Source: a virus
Lineage: Duplodnaviria > Heunggongvirae > Uroviricota > Caudoviricetes
Length of the DNA: 9,106 bases
IMG/VR virus record: IMGVR_UViG_642979322_000006
Strand: one strand, 5' to 3'
The translations under genes were made by a program, and so were the position numbers. This document shows, one piece after another, positions 6,476 to 9,106 of the stretch. The notes below the pieces were generated by a model, which saw only the letters and a program-made list of their open reading frames with translations, was not told the DNA's origin and did no database searches. Position 1 is the first letter of the stretch. Each line of letters starts with the position of its first letter.

Positions 6476-6658
6476 ATGCAAGAAAAAAATGAGAAACCAA
6501 AATTTGATCGCTCTGGCAGCACAAAGAAAAACATCCGCTTCGAAGACACATTGTTGCAACAAATTAACGAAGTTGCTGGGCCTGGTAATTTCAGTTCATG
6601 GGTTAAAAATGCCTGTCGTGACAAGCTACGCAAAGAAGGCATAGAACCAAAAGGCTGA
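6476..6658 (+). CDS. Small ribbon-helix-helix-like DNA-binding protein (60 aa), possibly YlcI/DUF3950-like
   Basis: ATG 6476 with GGTGG 9 nt upstream. Motif NIRFEDTLLQQINEVAGPGNFSSWVKNACRDKL fits a strand-helix-helix pattern and resembles small prophage regulators from memory. The only convincing plus-strand gene in the window. Confidence 0.55.
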   Translation: MQEKNEKPKFDRSGSTKKNIRFEDTLLQQINEVAGPGNFSSWVKNACRDKLRKEGIEPKG

Positions 6659-6749
6659 TAGTCCACCAGCAAGCCAGCACACTGAGCACATTGCCCACCA
6701 GACAGCAAATCGCTATGATGTTCGGGCTTATGTTTAGTGTTTTCCCATT

Positions 6750-6777
6750 GGCGACCGCCACAGGTCGCCTTTGTTTT
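6750..6777 (+). terminator. Rho-independent terminator (plus strand)
   Basis: 7-bp GC-rich stem GGCGACC / GGTCGCC with 6-nt loop, followed by TTTGTTTT; about 95 bp downstream of the RHH gene stop, in the convergent gap before alpA. Confidence 0.55.
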
Positions 6778-6796
6778 ATGTGTCATATGCTCCCCT

Positions 6797-7021
6797 TTAC
6801 ACTGCCTTACCTGAATTAATGCGATCCCGGCTTTTAACCCATTCCATAACCTCGGACAGCAGCCACCCTACAGAACGACCGCCCAGATTAAGACGTGACG
6901 GAAAGCGCCCTTTTTTCTCCAGTTCGTAGCGTGTAGTGCGGCACACTCCTGTTAACTTACGGCATTCATCCTCACGGATTACGCGATCTGATAGTGATTG
7001 AAATTGTGTATTTTGATTCAT
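6797..7021 (-). CDS. alpA: AlpA-family prophage transcriptional regulator (HTH, excisionase-like)
   Basis: 74-aa ORF. Motif RKLTGVCRTTRYELEKKGRFPSRLNLGGRSVGWLLSEVMEWVKSR matches the AlpA (Phage_AlpA) signature. Position downstream of int is typical. Confidence 0.88.
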   Translation of the reverse strand: MNQNTQFQSLSDRVIREDECRKLTGVCRTTRYELEKKGRFPSRLNLGGRSVGWLLSEVMEWVKSRDRINSGKAV

Positions 7022-7056
7022 AAAAAAACGTCCTCGAACGTTGCCGAACGAGGACG
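7022..7056 (-). terminator. Intrinsic terminator-like hairpin plus U7 tract abutting the alpA start codon
   Basis: 8-bp stem CGTCCTCG (7029-7036) / CGAGGACG (7049-7056) with 12-nt loop. On the minus strand it is followed by UUUUUUU (7028-7022), then the alpA AUG. The 3' arm contains the only SD-like GAGG for alpA. Confidence 0.55.
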
Positions 7057-7083
7057 ATTCTAGGCGGTAGTAAAACGCCGTTT

Positions 7084-7116
7084 GTGTGATATCACACTAC
7101 CAGCACGTGATATCAC
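7084..7116. promoter_or_regulatory. Twin palindromes GTGATATCAC (putative operator pair) upstream of alpA
   Basis: 14-bp perfect palindrome GTGTGATATCACAC at 7084-7097 and 10-bp palindrome GTGATATCAC at 7107-7116, centres 21 bp apart. The second overlaps the stop codon of the 257-aa ORF. Confidence 0.45.
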
Positions 7117-7886
7117 TTTTTACGTTTTTGTTGAGATTCACGCCCCAAATACTTTTGCCATGTCTGCCAATGTGTTTTTGGAAATTCTATCCCTCTGGAT
7201 GCAGCTATAGAATCAATTAAATCTGCTATTTTAGGTAATGATTCCGTGTCCAGGTCTACATCACCCATTTCTGGAATAAGTTTAATTAAAGAGTAAATAA
7301 CCTCATTCCTTTTTGACGATGCTTTTGGGCTATCTTCTGTTATCTTCGGGAAGTCTCCCGTATTTTTTATATTATCTAAATCACTAGCCATCACACACAA
7401 ATAGTTAACATCAAATTCATAACCACCCTTACAAAAAACATACATGAGATTATCATCACCATACTTATTCGTAAGATGAGAACATTTTATATATTGTCTC
7501 ATGCTAAATTCGACATCAGCAAAAACATATGCCGGAGTATAATAAAACCCTGATAAGCTGCTAACATAATAACATTTGATAGAATTCCCTACAGGACCAA
7601 TAATGGCACTATCTAAAAATTCAGTGTCACCAGTTAAACCAACTGTAAAATTACTTCCAAAAACAGCAGATTCATCATTGAAAGGATATTTTATTAATTC
7701 TTCCTCATTACAACCATTGATAAAATGACATAATGAAAAATTGAATTTTTTAGCATCAATTTTTGGTATATATACAGAAATATTAAGAGCACCTATATAT
7801 GCGTAATGATAAAGATCTTTTATTGCACAGCCTAACTTTTCTGCCGCTTCAGGTAACGGATAATAGAGTCTTTTAGGTAATTTCAT
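7113..7886 (-). CDS. Orphan hypothetical protein (257 aa), AT-rich cargo gene between int and alpA
   Basis: ORF from track. ATG 7886 overlaps the int stop as ATGA; AAGGTGG 4 nt upstream. Visibly lower GC than flanking genes. Rich in Y/F/N/K/C, acidic helical C-terminal region, no motif I can assign. Confidence 0.75.
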   Translation of the reverse strand: MKLPKRLYYPLPEAAEKLGCAIKDLYHYAYIGALNISVYIPKIDAKKFNFSLCHFINGCNEEELIKYPFNDESAVFGSNFTVGLTGDTEFLDSAIIGPVGNSIKCYYVSSLSGFYYTPAYVFADVEFSMRQYIKCSHLTNKYGDDNLMYVFCKGGYEFDVNYLCVMASDLDNIKNTGDFPKITEDSPKASSKRNEVIYSLIKLIPEMGDVDLDTESLPKIADLIDSIAASRGIEFPKTHWQTWQKYLGRESQQKRKK

Positions 7887-9106
7887 TTGGCCACCTTCAG
7901 CATAACAATATTTTCATGATTTCCAGCCAGCACATCGAGACGCTCAACCCATAGATTAAGAGCGTCACGTTTTGCATCAAGATAACGGGAGTGATTATAG
8001 ACTCGTTGCATTCCTGGCAACTGGTGCGCGGTAAGCTGCTCCACAACGTGCGGTTCCACGCCTAAATCGTTCAGCATCGTTGTAAACGTGTGCCGGATGT
8101 CGTGCAACGTCCAGGGGGCTTGATTAATGCGTCTGTGTGCCGTTCTTCCGTACTCTGATACGGATGATTGCCCTTTCAGTTCTCCGAGCAATAATCCCGT
8201 GTGCCTGTTCTGCTCCACCAGCTTCATGACAAACGGCAAGATCGCTTCCGGTATTGGCCTGAATATTGCTACCTTCGTTTTGCTGTGTTCTTTCGGCACG
8301 GTCCAGAGCATTTCTTTAAAATCCCATTCCTGGACCTCAGAGCGTCTTAGCTCAGTGGTACGACATCCGAAGACAATCAGGAGGCGAATCAGGGCGCTGT
8401 AGTACGGTGGGTAAATTTTTTCATCAAGGGCGCGTAGTAATTCCCCAAGCTCCTTGTTTGTTAGTACGCGCTCGCTTATTTCTGCTTTTTTCCCAACATC
8501 ACCGACAACCATATCATCAAGAACGTTGCTGATTGCGTATCGTCGTTTTCGGCAGTACTTAAGCGCCTGTTTGCATACCTGTAGCAAAAATCCGGCTGAT
8601 ACCGGATTACGCTTAGCAAGCTGGTCAAAACAGGCCAGCCAGTGGCGTAGCTCGCATTTTTCCAGTGGCATAGCGCCAATCTGGCTAATTATGTGTTTAT
8701 TGATCCGGCTTTTCAGTGATTCGTAGTCAGTGCGCTTTTCCTTTGCGTACGATTCAAGCCAGTAAGTGAGCGCTTCCTTAACCGTCACGGGGGCTAACGC
8801 GTCCTGTACAGCATGATTAAGTTCATAGCGCGGATTTTTCCCCTCAGCCAGCCAGGCGCGACACTGTGCCGCTTTTTCCCTGGCAGCTTTCAGGCTCAGA
8901 TCGGGATAATTGCCCAGCCTCAGACGTTCCGGTGATATCTGCCTACCAGTTCCGGCCCTGTAAGTGAAATACCAGGTTAACAGGCCATTGGTTGAATGCC
9001 TTACGCTAAGGTTGCCACCATCATTAAAAAAGGTGTTTTTTGTGGTTGGTGATCCGCTTAATTTTCGTAAAAGAGTGTCGCTAAGTCTATGAATTGCCCT
9101 GCTCAT
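7883..9106 (-). CDS. int: Tyrosine site-specific integrase (P4-type)
   Basis: 407-aa ORF. N-terminal region typical of P4-like integrases (FNDGGNLSVRHSTNGLLTWYFTYR...LGNYPDLSLKAAREKA). C-terminal catalytic region with HDIRHTF and RVYNHSRYLD (catalytic Tyr). ATG is at 9104-9106, so upstream signals are outside the window and the true start could lie beyond the edge. Confidence 0.92.
   Translation of the reverse strand: MSRAIHRLSDTLLRKLSGSPTTKNTFFNDGGNLSVRHSTNGLLTWYFTYRAGTGRQISPERLRLGNYPDLSLKAAREKAAQCRAWLAEGKNPRYELNHAVQDALAPVTVKEALTYWLESYAKEKRTDYESLKSRINKHIISQIGAMPLEKCELRHWLACFDQLAKRNPVSAGFLLQVCKQALKYCRKRRYAISNVLDDMVVGDVGKKAEISERVLTNKELGELLRALDEKIYPPYYSALIRLLIVFGCRTTELRRSEVQEWDFKEMLWTVPKEHSKTKVAIFRPIPEAILPFVMKLVEQNRHTGLLLGELKGQSSVSEYGRTAHRRINQAPWTLHDIRHTFTTMLNDLGVEPHVVEQLTAHQLPGMQRVYNHSRYLDAKRDALNLWVERLDVLAGNHENIVMLKVAK

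Larger units (their letters stand above)
1..9106. mobile_element. Phage satellite / phage-inducible chromosomal island (PICI- or P4-like), boundaries not determinable
   Basis: Gene content and order: tyrosine integrase, AlpA regulator, P4-alpha-like primase/helicase followed by an iteron origin, small terminase and capsid homolog, nearly all on one strand. No att direct repeat can be identified because the int-proximal end lies beyond position 9106. Confidence 0.6.

Noticed and set aside
6360-6644. 94-aa plus-strand ORF overlapping the RHH-like gene in another frame
   Set aside because: Starts inside the operator region without an RBS and has odd composition; the 6476-6658 frame has an SD and a recognisable fold pattern.
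6750-6769. GGCGACC / GGTCGCC element considered as a lambda-like cos site
   Set aside because: Does not match cosN-type sequences I know; it is a simple hairpin with a T-tract, and the element carries terS, which points to pac-type packaging.
6127-6786. 219-aa minus-strand ORF from the track
   Set aside because: Runs antisense across the plus-strand RHH-like gene, the twin palindromes and the plus-strand terminator, with low-complexity, unprotein-like composition (FFFVLPERSNFGFSFFS). Only its 3' portion (6127-6330) with its own SD is kept as a tentative gene.
6715-6819. 34-aa hydrophobic plus-strand ORF (MMFGLMFSVFPLATATGRLCFMCHMLPFTLPYLN), considered as a type I toxin-like peptide
   Set aside because: No SD; it reads through the terminator hairpin and into the 3' end of alpA, so most likely a chance ORF.
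8127-8726. ORFs 8127..8402 (+), 8454..8726 (+) and 8476..8679 (-) within the integrase gene
   Set aside because: Alternative-frame or antisense ORFs inside the integrase coding region.
1-9106. Search for tRNA, rRNA and CRISPR arrays
   Set aside because: No tRNA-like T-arm or acceptor signatures and no regularly spaced repeat-spacer array. The iterons at 3228-3452 are irregular and bidirectional, so not CRISPR. A tRNA-derived att site may lie just beyond 9106 but cannot be seen.

Overview
This window looks like most or all of a compact phage satellite (PICI-like or P4-like chromosomal island), coded almost entirely on the minus strand. Reading the minus strand from the right edge: tyrosine integrase (7883-9106, start codon on the last bases of the window), an AT-rich 257-aa orphan ORF translationally coupled to int (7113-7886), twin palindromes plus a hairpin/T-tract, an AlpA-family regulator (6797-7021), a divergent small RHH-like gene on the plus strand (6476-6658) with twin 12-bp palindromes in the shared control region, five small ORFs leading into a P4-alpha-like primase/helicase (3466-5220), an iteron-type replication origin (3228-3452), an 83-aa ORF, a terminator and promoter, then a packaging module (64-aa and 53-aa ORFs, small terminase TerS 1820-2308, a 53-aa ORF, and an HK97-fold major-capsid-protein homolog 734-1657), and finally about 730 bp of gene-free, repeat-rich DNA (1-733). 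No rRNA, tRNA or CRISPR array was seen. All functional calls rest on by-eye motif recognition and gene context; no database search was run. The best candidates for something undescribed are the orphan gene in the int-alpA slot, the satellite-encoded capsid homolog beside terS, and the structured repeat element at 257-730.
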